DNA from: Candidatus Multivoradales bacterium
GTDB lineage: Bacteria > Acidobacteriota > Thermoanaerobaculia > Multivoradales > JAHEKO01
Assembly (NCBI GenBank): GCA_965248055.1
Contig: CBDFIJ010000004.1
Location: 192,001-256,000 of the forward strand
Length of the DNA: 64,000 bases
Direction of reading: 5' to 3'
Positions within the stretch are counted from its first letter, which is position 1, and each line of letters opens with the position of its first letter. The notes below the pieces were generated by a model that made no database searches, was not told the origin of the DNA, and saw only the letters and a list, made by a program, of their open reading frames with translations. Shown one piece after another: positions 54,527 to 63,624 of this stretch. Position numbers and translations under genes: made by a program.

Positions 54527-55489
54527 CTACTCGATGCGTTCCCGCACCGCGTAGCTGTCTCGGCTGCGGAAATTCTTGAAAGTAATCATCTCGCCGATCA
54601 ACCCGGTGGTCAGCACTTGGATACCCAGCAGCATCAGCATCACCCCGAGCAACAGCAACGGCCGGTTGGACAAGCTCTCGCCCATTGCCCAACGCACCGC
54701 CAGGTAGGCGTTGATGCAAAAACCGAGACCCATTGATATCAGTCCGATCACCCCAAAAAGATGCAACGGCCGACGAGTGTACTTGGTTATGAACAATACC
54801 GTGATCAGGTCGAGTAGCCCCTTGTAGAGACGATCCCAGCCGTACTTACTCACTCCGGAACGGCGAGGATGGTGGCGTACCGTGATTTCCCCAATGGCAA
54901 ACCCTTTGCGGCTGGCCAGGACCGGAATGTAGCGGTGCAACTCACCATAAAGCGAGATCTGCTCCACAACTTCCCGGCGGTAGGCTTTGAAACCACAGTT
55001 GAAGTCATGCAAGTCAACCTGCGCCAGCTTTCGAGTGGCCCAATTGAACAACAACGATGGATAGCGCTTAGAAATCGGATCTTTGCGCTCTTTCTTCCAA
55101 CCCGACACCAAGTCCAAACCATCGTCTAACTTTTCCAAAAATCGTGGGATCTCCTGTGGGTCATCCTGCAAGTCGCCGTCCATGGTCACCAGAATGCGGC
55201 CTCGCGCGACATCAAAACCAGCGCTGAGAGCGGCGGCCTTACCAAAGTTGCGGCGTAGCCGGATCAGTTTGACCCGTGCGTCGTTGTGATGCGCTTGCCG
55301 AACTTTCTCCACTGTCGAATCAGTGGAACCGTCGTCGATGAAGATAATCTCGAAACTCTGGCCGGTCGCCTCGAGGACCTGAGCAACTTCAGTTGAAAGC
55401 TTGGCAACTGTCCCTTCCTCGTCGAGGACCGGGACCAAGACACTCACGTCTAGGTCGCTCTGTTCCAAGCGGATCGGTTCAACCGTCAT
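54527..55489 (-). CDS. Glycosyltransferase family 2 (ArnC/GtrB-like polyprenol-phosphate GT)
   Basis: SVLVP, IDDGSTD, RRNFGKAAAL, MDGDLQDDP, GELHRYIP; two C-terminal TM helices. Confidence 0.92.
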   Translation of the reverse strand: MTVEPIRLEQSDLDVSVLVPVLDEEGTVAKLSTEVAQVLEATGQSFEIIFIDDGSTDSTVEKVRQAHHNDARVKLIRLRRNFGKAAALSAGFDVARGRILVTMDGDLQDDPQEIPRFLEKLDDGLDLVSGWKKERKDPISKRYPSLLFNWATRKLAQVDLHDFNCGFKAYRREVVEQISLYGELHRYIPVLASRKGFAIGEITVRHHPRRSGVSKYGWDRLYKGLLDLITVLFITKYTRRPLHLFGVIGLISMGLGFCINAYLAVRWAMGESLSNRPLLLLGVMLMLLGIQVLTTGLIGEMITFKNFRSRDSYAVRERIE

Positions 55490-56148
55490 CAGTGGTTCTC
55501 CGAAAGCCGTTGCCGCACTTGTTTCATGTCTTCCCATGTCGGTCTCTTGTATCCCTCGTTCCGCAGCAAAGCAGCGGGATGATAGGTAACCATGGTATCG
55601 ATCCCGCGCACCTGGTGCCAAGTCCCGCGTAATCGACCCAACGGCTCGGTGGTCCGCAAGAGGTTGTGTGCCGCGATCCGGCCCAGAGCTACGATCACCT
55701 TGGGGCCGATCGCGTCGATCTGCCGATCCAAGAAACCGCGACAAGCGGCGGCTTCATCGGGATCCGGGTCGCGATTCCCCGGAGGGCGACACTTGACGAT
55801 GTTGGCGATGTAAACCTGTTCCCGGCTTAATTCGATCGCCTGGATAATCTTGGTCAACAACTCCCCCGCCGCACCGACAAACGGAAGTCCTTGGCGATCC
55901 TCTTCCGCTCCCGGGCCCTCACCGATCAGCATCAAGTCGGCAGTCGGGTTACCACTGCCAAAAACCACCCTGTTGCGCCCTTCGGCCAATGGACAGGAAG
56001 TACAGCTTGCTGCCTCCAATCCAATCTGGGATAGATCCTCTCCTGAACGTGCGCGCAAGTCCGCCGCCGGGACATAGGTCTCGCGAAAACCTAGCGCTTG
56101 AAAATAATCGACGATGCCTTCAAGAGGCGGCCGAGGGTCGTGCTTCAC
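55489..56148 (-). CDS. Uracil-DNA glycosylase family 4
   Basis: CTSCPL, GEGPG..ED.QG.PFVG.AG, NIVKCRPP.NR, TYHPAALLR. Confidence 0.93.
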   Translation of the reverse strand: MKHDPRPPLEGIVDYFQALGFRETYVPAADLRARSGEDLSQIGLEAASCTSCPLAEGRNRVVFGSGNPTADLMLIGEGPGAEEDRQGLPFVGAAGELLTKIIQAIELSREQVYIANIVKCRPPGNRDPDPDEAAACRGFLDRQIDAIGPKVIVALGRIAAHNLLRTTEPLGRLRGTWHQVRGIDTMVTYHPAALLRNEGYKRPTWEDMKQVRQRLSENH

Positions 56149-57349
56149 GGGACTCCAGCTCGCCAGCAAACAGGGCGATCAAATCGCGGGCCAGTCGACT
56201 CTTGTCTCTCAAGGAAAGAAAAATGGGTTGGCCGTGCGGTGAATAAACAGTGACCTCGTTGTCGCCACTATCGAAACCAATATCGTTGCGCGAAACATCA
56301 TTGGCGACCAGGAAGTCGACTCCCTTGGAGCGCAGCTTCTCGCGTGCGCCCGCTTCCACCGCTTCGGTTTCCGCTGCAAAGCCTACCCGCAGGGCTTGAG
56401 GCGCCACTTGGGGTAGCCGCGCCAGAATATCCGGATTGGTCTGTAGCTCCAGACTGACCTCTTTGCCACCCAAGTCCCGTTTCTTAATCTTGCTCTCAGA
56501 CACCTGCATAGGGCGGAAATCAGACACTGCCGCAGTCATGATCACTACGTCAGCGGCGGCAGCGTGCTCGACCGTCGCCGCTTCCATCTCCAGTGCGGTG
56601 ATGACGTCAATGCGCTCGACGCCCCAAGGAGTGGTCAACTCTACCGGTCCACTAATCAGGACCACCTCGGCCCCTTGGCGCGCCGCTTCGTCCGCCAGAG
56701 CGAAACCCATGCGACCACTAGATCGATTGGTTAAGTAACGCACTGGGTCCAAGGGTTCCCGGGTTGGGCCCGCCGTGACAACCACCTTGAGCCCACTGAG
56801 ACGACCCTCGGGCAGCGCGGCTTCAACCGCTTCAACGATGCGGTCTGGCTCCGCCATGCGCCCGATGCCAGTCTCCCCAGAGGCCAGTGGACCGACCACC
56901 GGCCCCACGACCACCGCACCGGACTCCTTGAGCGTTCGCAGATGACCCTTGGCGGTGAACTTGTTCCACATCGCCGGGTGCATCGCCGGACACAACACCA
57001 TCGGACCGTCATGGACCAGCGCCGTTGTGGTCAAGAAGTCGTCAGCCAAACCCAACGACAGGCGGGTCAGCGTGTTGGCAGTGGCAGGTGCCACAACCAA
57101 GATATCAGCCCATTCAGCGAGCGACACGTGGAGTTCTTCTCCACCACCCGTCGACAGATAGCCCTCACCATAGACCGCGTGACCGCTCAGCGCCTCCAGA
57201 GTCAAAGGGCTGAGAAACGCCTTGGCATGCTCGGTCATCGCACAACGGACTTCGTGGCCGTGCTCGCGCAGTCGACGCACCAAGTAGGCCGACTTGTAGG
57301 CGGCAATCCCGCCGCACACCCCGACCAGGATTCTTTGCGGTCTTGCCAT
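56120..57349 (-). CDS. coaBC: Bifunctional phosphopantothenoylcysteine decarboxylase/synthase
   Basis: GGIAAYK, APATAN, TAGPTRE.LDPVRYLTNRSSG.MG, AAVSDF, GFAAET. Confidence 0.95.
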   Translation of the reverse strand: MARPQRILVGVCGGIAAYKSAYLVRRLREHGHEVRCAMTEHAKAFLSPLTLEALSGHAVYGEGYLSTGGGEELHVSLAEWADILVVAPATANTLTRLSLGLADDFLTTTALVHDGPMVLCPAMHPAMWNKFTAKGHLRTLKESGAVVVGPVVGPLASGETGIGRMAEPDRIVEAVEAALPEGRLSGLKVVVTAGPTREPLDPVRYLTNRSSGRMGFALADEAARQGAEVVLISGPVELTTPWGVERIDVITALEMEAATVEHAAAADVVIMTAAVSDFRPMQVSESKIKKRDLGGKEVSLELQTNPDILARLPQVAPQALRVGFAAETEAVEAGAREKLRSKGVDFLVANDVSRNDIGFDSGDNEVTVYSPHGQPIFLSLRDKSRLARDLIALFAGELESREARPSAAS

Positions 57350-57388
57350 CAACGCCTCGAGGATTGTATTTCTTGGGATTGAGACTGA

Positions 57389-57640
57389 CTAGGAACTAAC
57401 TTCCGTCGTTCCCGCCTCGTCGGTGGCAACTTCTTCTACTGGCTCCTCAATCTCCGGTGCCGGGCCAAAGTCCCACTCCACCACGTCGGCCAAGACTTCA
57501 GCCATCGCCATTTGGGTGGCTTTCTTGGGGGCTCCACTGATCTTGGGCAAAGCGCCCCTAATCAACTGCTCCGCTCGTTCGGAGGCCAACAGGACAAACC
57601 GATACTTACTATCAATCCGCTCCGGTAGTTTTTGCATCAT
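57389..57640 (-). CDS. rpoZ: RNA polymerase omega subunit
   Basis: DSKYRFVLLASERAEQL; located between gmk and coaBC. Confidence 0.92.
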   Translation of the reverse strand: MMQKLPERIDSKYRFVLLASERAEQLIRGALPKISGAPKKATQMAMAEVLADVVEWDFGPAPEIEEPVEEVATDEAGTTEVSS

Positions 57641-57729
57641 CAACTCCTAGGTTGTAACTAGCTCTATTTGGGGTGCTTCCGATGGGCTTACTAACAAACA
57701 GCCGCAAGCGTGATCTCAGTCAAAAGTGG

Positions 57730-58359
57730 TTACGAACTCCGAAACCCCTCAATCACGGCGCTCGCCGCACCCTGTACTCGTTCCCGTCGATATCGTTTTT
57801 CCAGAAAAATCGCGATCAGACCTCGACTCGCGCGCTCTGCATCGTCATTGATAATAACATAGTCGTACTCGGTATAACGTCTGATTTCCCAAAGAGATAC
57901 GTCCAGGCGCCTGCCAACTTCCCCGGCTTCGTCCAGCCCCCTCTCCAACAGACGACGGCGTAATTCGGTCATGCTGGGCGGCAGAATAAATACCGTGTGA
58001 GCTTCGGCAAACTGGTGACTCAACCTTTCGGCTCCCTGAACATCAATATCCAGGATCACATCCTGACCGTTTTCCATGCGTTGCATGACCTCAGCTCTTG
58101 AGGTTCCATAGTAGTTCGAGTGAACCTCAGCCCACTCCATAAACTCGTCCTCGGCAATCATCTGGCGAAACCGATCCTCACCGACAAAATGGTAGTCGCG
58201 ACCGTCCACCTCTCCGCGTCGCGGCCGTCGGGTGGTGTGGCTCACCGAAAAATGGATCGAACCATCATTCACTTCTGCCACCAAGCCGCGAATTAGGGTG
58301 GTCTTTCCGGCCCCGGAGGGCGCCGACAAGATAAACAGTTCTCCTCTCTTCTCACTCAT
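57730..58359 (-). CDS. gmk: Guanylate kinase
   Basis: SAPSGAGKTT, SVSHTTR.PR.GE.DG.DY.F, YYGT, DIDVQGA. Confidence 0.96.
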   Translation of the reverse strand: MSEKRGELFILSAPSGAGKTTLIRGLVAEVNDGSIHFSVSHTTRRPRRGEVDGRDYHFVGEDRFRQMIAEDEFMEWAEVHSNYYGTSRAEVMQRMENGQDVILDIDVQGAERLSHQFAEAHTVFILPPSMTELRRRLLERGLDEAGEVGRRLDVSLWEIRRYTEYDYVIINDDAERASRGLIAIFLEKRYRRERVQGAASAVIEGFRSS

Positions 58360-58373
58360 AAACACTCTCCACC

Positions 58374-59258
58374 TCATTCGACATTGCGCAATTGCTCCCG
58401 AAGATCTTCACACAGGGTTTTGCCTTCAATCGCAGCGTGGACCGACTCCGTGTCACGACATTTGGCGGCGATGGTATTGAACTCGCGAAAGATCTCTTGA
58501 ACGATGAAGTCGAGTTTGCGCCCGGTCGCTCCATCGGCCTCGACCACCGATTGAAAATGTTCGCAGTGCGCCGCCAAGCGGTCGGTTTCTTCGGTGATGC
58601 TCGACTTGTCAATAGCCGCTGAGACCTCCAACGCGATCCGTTCCTCGCCCAAGGTCTCAGGCGCACCCAAATCGACCAGCCGCTGCCGGTAGTCCTCGCG
58701 CATGGCGCCTTCGACCATAGCTCTGCGTTCTCTGAGTTGATCGGCAATTGACTCCACTTTGACCAAACGTTCTTCCAAGAACCCTTTCAGCCGTGCTCCT
58801 TCGTGCTCTCGCGCAGAGACCAGTGCGGCAAACGCCTGCGCCAGGCAATCCGTGATCATCGCCGTGGTCGCCTGCGAGTCCGGTTCGACCCGCTCCACGC
58901 GCAAGGCCGGCGGCCAGTTCAACAAATCGCCACCGGTGATTCCACCGCTAGCGAGCCCCAGTTTCTCGAGAGTGGAAAATTCATCGACCACCGTTCGCAC
59001 CAATTCTCGATCGACCACAATCTCGCGACTCTGGTCCAGATTCTCGACCTTGACCGTGACTTCAATGCGCCCCCGCTGTACACCGTTTCGGATCATCGTA
59101 GCCCACTGCTCTTCCACGCCGCGTAGTTCTTCCGGAAGATGCAGCCGTAGATCCAGATGTCGATGATTGAGCGAGCGCATGATCACGCTCACCGCGGTCG
59201 CCTCTGACGACACTTCCGCAGCGCCGAATCCAGTCATGCTCATAATTCCGTTCACCAT
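58374..59258 (-). CDS. yicC: YicC/YloC family endoribonuclease
   Basis: MSMTGFG, SLNHRHLD, GRKLDFIVQE.FRE.NT, REQLRNVE. Confidence 0.93.
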   Translation of the reverse strand: MVNGIMSMTGFGAAEVSSEATAVSVIMRSLNHRHLDLRLHLPEELRGVEEQWATMIRNGVQRGRIEVTVKVENLDQSREIVVDRELVRTVVDEFSTLEKLGLASGGITGGDLLNWPPALRVERVEPDSQATTAMITDCLAQAFAALVSAREHEGARLKGFLEERLVKVESIADQLRERRAMVEGAMREDYRQRLVDLGAPETLGEERIALEVSAAIDKSSITEETDRLAAHCEHFQSVVEADGATGRKLDFIVQEIFREFNTIAAKCRDTESVHAAIEGKTLCEDLREQLRNVE

Positions 59259-59264
59259 CAGATT

Positions 59265-60413
59265 CTACCCAGCTTCAGCATCCACTTCACCCATCACAGA
59301 GAGAACTTCTCGCGCCGTCCGAGCGCTGGCCCCCGAAGATCCCAATGCTTCACGCAAACCGCTCAGCCGCTGCCTCATCTCCTGAACCTTGGATGGATCG
59401 GTCAACAAAGCCACCGCCTGATCACTCAAGATTGATGCCTCCGCGTGCTCCTGCAACATCTCCGGCACCACCTCATCATCGAGTACCAGGTTGACTAGGC
59501 TGACAAACCGCGTCTTGACCACCCATTGGGCAATTTGGTGGGTCAGCGGGTTGAGCTTGTAGACCACGAACATCGGCGTACCCAGCAACCCCACTTCCAG
59601 GGTGGCGGTTCCCGACGCGCACAAAACTAGGTGTGAATCGACAATTGCCTGATACCGCCCAGAGTCGATCCAGTCGACTTGCAATGCTTGATCAGTGAAA
59701 ATTCTAGCCAGCCGTGCGCGATCGACGTTGGGCGCCAGAATGACCTTGCATTCCACTTCAATGTGCTCGGACATTAGCTTCACTGCGCGGACTAACTCCG
59801 GCAACAAGCGATCGACTTCACTCTTCCGAGAGCCCGGCATCAGGGCGATCGTGAAGCGCTTTGGAGTGGGGTTTTGATCCCACGCGTTCTCGAGTTGTGG
59901 CACCGCATCGACCAGCGGATGTCCCACATGAACCGCCTCTACGCCCCGTGCGCGGTACCAGTCGACCTCGAAAGGAAACAACACCAAGATCTTGTCGACA
60001 TAGCGCCGCACCGCTTCGACCCGACCCTCACGCCAGGCCCAGAACTGCGGACTGATGTAGTAAATGACACGGATGCCTCGCTGGTGAAGCGCTTTCGCCA
60101 AACGCAAGTTGAAGCCGGGGGCGTCGACCAACACCGCAACCTGAGTTTTTCTGCGTGTGGTCTCGGCGAGTAGCTTGTTGAACAAATGCTTTGCGGTGCG
60201 CAGTACCTTGAGAACTTCAACCAAGCCAACCACAGCGATGCTGCTGGCGTGCCCAACTGAATCGACACCGTCTCGAATCAGAGCGTCACCGCATAGACCA
60301 AACGCAGTCAGGTCCGGAATCTCTTTCTTGAGTTCGCGGTAGAGAGCTGCCGCGTGCTCATCGCCGGACGCCTCGCCGACGACGATCATCAGTTCAGGCC
60401 TGTCGGGGTTCAT
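59265..60413 (-). CDS. lpxB: Lipid-A-disaccharide synthase
   Basis: GEASGD, VD.PGFN, YISPQFWAWR, LFPFE, VGHPL, PGSRKSE, SGTATLE. Confidence 0.95.
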   Translation of the reverse strand: MNPDRPELMIVVGEASGDEHAAALYRELKKEIPDLTAFGLCGDALIRDGVDSVGHASSIAVVGLVEVLKVLRTAKHLFNKLLAETTRRKTQVAVLVDAPGFNLRLAKALHQRGIRVIYYISPQFWAWREGRVEAVRRYVDKILVLFPFEVDWYRARGVEAVHVGHPLVDAVPQLENAWDQNPTPKRFTIALMPGSRKSEVDRLLPELVRAVKLMSEHIEVECKVILAPNVDRARLARIFTDQALQVDWIDSGRYQAIVDSHLVLCASGTATLEVGLLGTPMFVVYKLNPLTHQIAQWVVKTRFVSLVNLVLDDEVVPEMLQEHAEASILSDQAVALLTDPSKVQEMRQRLSGLREALGSSGASARTAREVLSVMGEVDAEAG

Positions 60414-60607
60414 CCCGGGAAGTCTATGGGGGAATGGGACGGCATCCAGTACATCACCCAAGCCAGGGCGATACTGCCAAGCACCAAGATGCCCCACACT
60501 TTGGCAAAAAAACGGATCCGCGACGGCGCATCACTGCGCCACAGAACGGACAAGAACCCGCTCAAGAGCGTGGCGTGCAGGACCATCCAAAATAGATGGC
60601 TGTTCAT
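60410..60607 (-). CDS. Small two-TM membrane protein
   Basis: MNSHLFWMVLHATLLSGFLSVL...WVMYWMP; translationally coupled on both sides. Confidence 0.7.
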   Translation of the reverse strand: MNSHLFWMVLHATLLSGFLSVLWRSDAPSRIRFFAKVWGILVLGSIALAWVMYWMPSHSPIDFPG

Positions 60608-61020
60608 TAACCCTTGCGCCCCAGGGAAGTGTCCCAGACATCCAGCACCAGCAACCAATTCATCACCCCAGCACTGATCAAAAACGCGCTGCCGTACTCA
60701 TAGCCTTGAGCCAGCAAGTCGCCCTGATATCCGCTCCACTTGAGAGCAAAGTAGACCAGCCCAAGCCCCATGGTGCCCAGAGTGGTCAGTCCGGCCAGCG
60801 GTTGTCCTGGAGCGTTGGCTTCAATGCGCCCGTGAAGATAAATCCCGGCAAGCACTGTGGCAACAATCACCGCCAAATAGAAAACAGCTCGCCTCTTGTG
60901 TCCCAGCAGCCAATGGCCAGCACCAGGAATCATCCACGAGATCGCAGCTTTGCCGAGTGCCGGCGCGACGCTCGCCGGCGAGTCATTGGACACAGTCTTG
61001 CTGGCTGGTTGGTCTGACAT
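60607..61020 (-). CDS. Membrane protein (DUF6677-like)
   Basis: SWMIPGAGH.LLG...RA, EYG..FL..AG.MN.L..LD.WD. Confidence 0.75.
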   Translation of the reverse strand: MSDQPASKTVSNDSPASVAPALGKAAISWMIPGAGHWLLGHKRRAVFYLAVIVATVLAGIYLHGRIEANAPGQPLAGLTTLGTMGLGLVYFALKWSGYQGDLLAQGYEYGSAFLISAGVMNWLLVLDVWDTSLGRKG

Positions 61021-61043
61021 CGAGAAAGTCGGCAGCTGAATTT

Positions 61044-61340
61044 CTAGCGCTCGTTGTCCGTCCGATTGACCGAATCGCGAAGCGCTTTACCAGGCTTGAA
61101 ATACGGAACTCGTTTGGCTGGCACCATCACCGTGGCCCCGGTTTTGGGGTTCCGGCCGACCCGAGGCCCGCGCTGGCGAATGCGGAAACTGCCAAAGCCG
61201 CGAAGCTCTATGCCCTCACCGGACTGTAGGGAGCCGACAATCGAATCAATCACCAGCTGGACTGCCTGTTCGGCTTCGCGCCGGGGTACCCCAGCGTTAA
61301 CCACTTCGGTGACTAAATCAGCCTTGGTTAGACCAGCCAC
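61044..61340 (-). CDS. ihfB: Integration host factor beta / HU family DNA-binding protein
   Basis: TKADL, IELRGFGSF, GRNPKTG, PYFKPGK; downstream of rpsA. Confidence 0.88.
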   Translation of the reverse strand: MAGLTKADLVTEVVNAGVPRREAEQAVQLVIDSIVGSLQSGEGIELRGFGSFRIRQRGPRVGRNPKTGATVMVPAKRVPYFKPGKALRDSVNRTDNER

Positions 61341-61349
61341 GACTTCGCC

Positions 61350-63053
61350 CTACTCTTCTTCTTCGGAGGCTGACTCTTCGGCCGGATCCGGCATCGACGC
61401 GGCCAGAACTTCGAGTTCTTCGGCCGAGGGCTGTTCGACTCCGCGCAGGGTCAACGCGATCTTGTTGTCCTCTTCATCCAGGCGCAAGATGCGAGCGGCA
61501 ACGCCTTCGCCGACCTCGAACATCTCCGCCAAACTAGCCTGATCGACATCGATCTCACTGACGTGGGCTAGACCCTCAAGGCCGCTGTGGACATCAATAA
61601 AGAGGCCAAATTCGGCTACGTTGACCACCCGGCCGACCACCCGATCACCCACCCGATGGGCGTCGACGAAATCCTGCCATTCGTTGGGCAAGAACTCCTT
61701 GATTGACAGTGATACGCGTTGACTCGGAGCGTCGATTTGGGTAATCCGTGCCTGGACTTTGTCGCCCTTCTTGAGCACTTCGCTGGGATGCTTGATACGC
61801 TTGTTCCAGCTCATATCCGAGACATGAACCAAGCCATCGATCTCGTCGGTAATCTGAATAAAGGCGCCGAAATCGGTGAGATTGCGTACCGTTCCCTCTA
61901 CCAAGGTGCCGACCGGGTGAGTGACTACCAAGTCATCCCAAGGATTGCGATCGGCTTGGCGCAGAGAAAGGCTGATGCGACGCTGGTCCAGGTCAAGTTC
62001 GGTAACGATTGCTTCCACGTCCTCCCCCACTTCCACCACTGCAGAGGGGTTGGCAACCTTGCCAGTCCACGACATCTCACTGACGTGTACGAGACCTTCG
62101 ACTCCCTGTTCCAGTTCGACGAAAGCGCCGTACTCCACCAAACTAACCACTTTGCCCCGCACCCGAGATCCCATGGGGTACTTCTTGTCGACCACCGACC
62201 AGGGATCGTCTGAACGTTGTTTGTAGCCCAACGAGACGCGTTCCTTTTCCCGATCAAACTTGAGAATGACGACTTCCACGTCATCGCCGACGGCAAACAG
62301 CTCGGAAGGATGATTAACCCGACCCCAAGACATATCGGTTACGTGCAGCAATCCATCGAGTCCACCCAGGTCGATGAAAGCCCCGTATTCCGTGAGGTTC
62401 TTGACTCCACCGGTGACCACCATGCCCTCGCGCAGATTCTCCAAGGTTTCCGCCTTTTGCGCTTCGTACTCGCGCTCCAGAACAGCACGTCGAGAAAGAA
62501 CCACATTGCTGCGGCGTCGATCCAAGTTGATCACCTTGAATTCGAGTTCCTCACCTTTGAGCGACTCAAGGCTCTTGACCGGCTTGACGTCGACCAAGGA
62601 GCCCGGCAAAAAGGCCCGAACCCCCACGTCTACGGTCAGGCCGCCCTTGATACGATCTAAGACGATGCCGGTAATGACTTCACTGTTCTGATAAGCCTGC
62701 TCCAGTCGGTTCCAACTCTTCATTTTCTCGGCCTTGTTATAAGACAAGCCGACGTGTCCGTTGATTCCTTCCAGATGCTCAAGGAGCACTTCTACTTTGT
62801 CCCCCGCTTCGACGGTCACGCCGCTGGGACCGCGAAATTCGTCGATCGGAATCAGTCCTTCCGATTTGAATCCGACATCTACGACAACAGCATTGGAGCC
62901 GACTTCAACGACCGTGCCATGCACCAGGTCGCCTTCTTTTAAGTGGTTCAGGCTCTGATCGTAAAGCTTGGCCATGTCCTCAAAGGACGCATCGGCCAAC
63001 TGTTGATCGGTCAGATCACCGAGCACGTTGGTATTGGTTGGGGTGGACGCCAT
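61350..63053 (-). CDS. rpsA: 30S ribosomal protein S1
   Basis: Six S1 repeats (GFKSEG, AFLPGS, YGAFIDLGG.DGLLHVTDMSW...). Start placed at ATG 63053 after AAGAGG. Confidence 0.97.
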   Translation of the reverse strand: MASTPTNTNVLGDLTDQQLADASFEDMAKLYDQSLNHLKEGDLVHGTVVEVGSNAVVVDVGFKSEGLIPIDEFRGPSGVTVEAGDKVEVLLEHLEGINGHVGLSYNKAEKMKSWNRLEQAYQNSEVITGIVLDRIKGGLTVDVGVRAFLPGSLVDVKPVKSLESLKGEELEFKVINLDRRRSNVVLSRRAVLEREYEAQKAETLENLREGMVVTGGVKNLTEYGAFIDLGGLDGLLHVTDMSWGRVNHPSELFAVGDDVEVVILKFDREKERVSLGYKQRSDDPWSVVDKKYPMGSRVRGKVVSLVEYGAFVELEQGVEGLVHVSEMSWTGKVANPSAVVEVGEDVEAIVTELDLDQRRISLSLRQADRNPWDDLVVTHPVGTLVEGTVRNLTDFGAFIQITDEIDGLVHVSDMSWNKRIKHPSEVLKKGDKVQARITQIDAPSQRVSLSIKEFLPNEWQDFVDAHRVGDRVVGRVVNVAEFGLFIDVHSGLEGLAHVSEIDVDQASLAEMFEVGEGVAARILRLDEEDNKIALTLRGVEQPSAEELEVLAASMPDPAEESASEEEE

Positions 63054-63165
63054 GAAACAGTTTCCTCTTATTAAGCGGGCCGACAGCGGGCACTCTTGCC
63101 CCATGCCGCCCTAGGGTCTTGGGGGCCGAGTTCTGGTGTAAGTCCTTACGAACCCGGAACGTAGG

Positions 63166-63195
63166 AGTATAGGGAGGGTCAATCAGGAGTGTCAA
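63166..63195 (-). promoter_or_regulatory. Sigma-70 promoter of the rpsA operon
   Basis: TTGACA-18 bp-TATACT on the minus strand. Confidence 0.7.
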
Positions 63196-63485
63196 GCAGT
63201 GGCCACCTTTTCTGCCGCATGGGTTCGCTTGTGGTCGTTGCAAAGGAAGCTGACAAAAATCAACGAAACTCGGACGCCGCCCCTGCTAGGCGGAAGAACC
63301 CCCTTCACAAGGCGAACAATCTACCTTGATTTTTTCTGCAAAATGATCCGCCTCCCACGTTCAAATACTGACCCTGGATGCTCTACTTCGTAGGCTGGAA
63401 TCGACCAAGTCAATTGATCTTGTCCTAAAGCAAAGGTCGGTCAATGAGTGGTTCGCATGAGCTATCCCGGATGGCCACGAGGCAC

Positions 63486-63501
63486 TGTGATCTGCGTCAC
63501 G
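63486..63501. promoter_or_regulatory. CRP/FNR-family-like binding site
   Basis: TGTGA-tctgcg-TCACG (9/10 match to TGTGA-N6-TCACA), ~125 bp upstream of the peptidase start. Confidence 0.45.
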
Positions 63502-63624
63502 GATGTTTCAGAACATGTCCAAACATGATCAGTTCATCGATTAGATAACTCCAGCCCGTGATCGTCGCGGTTGGGGGGAATCTAAACAACCCCTTGCCTC
63601 ATTGAAGAAGGAGGAGTGAACATC

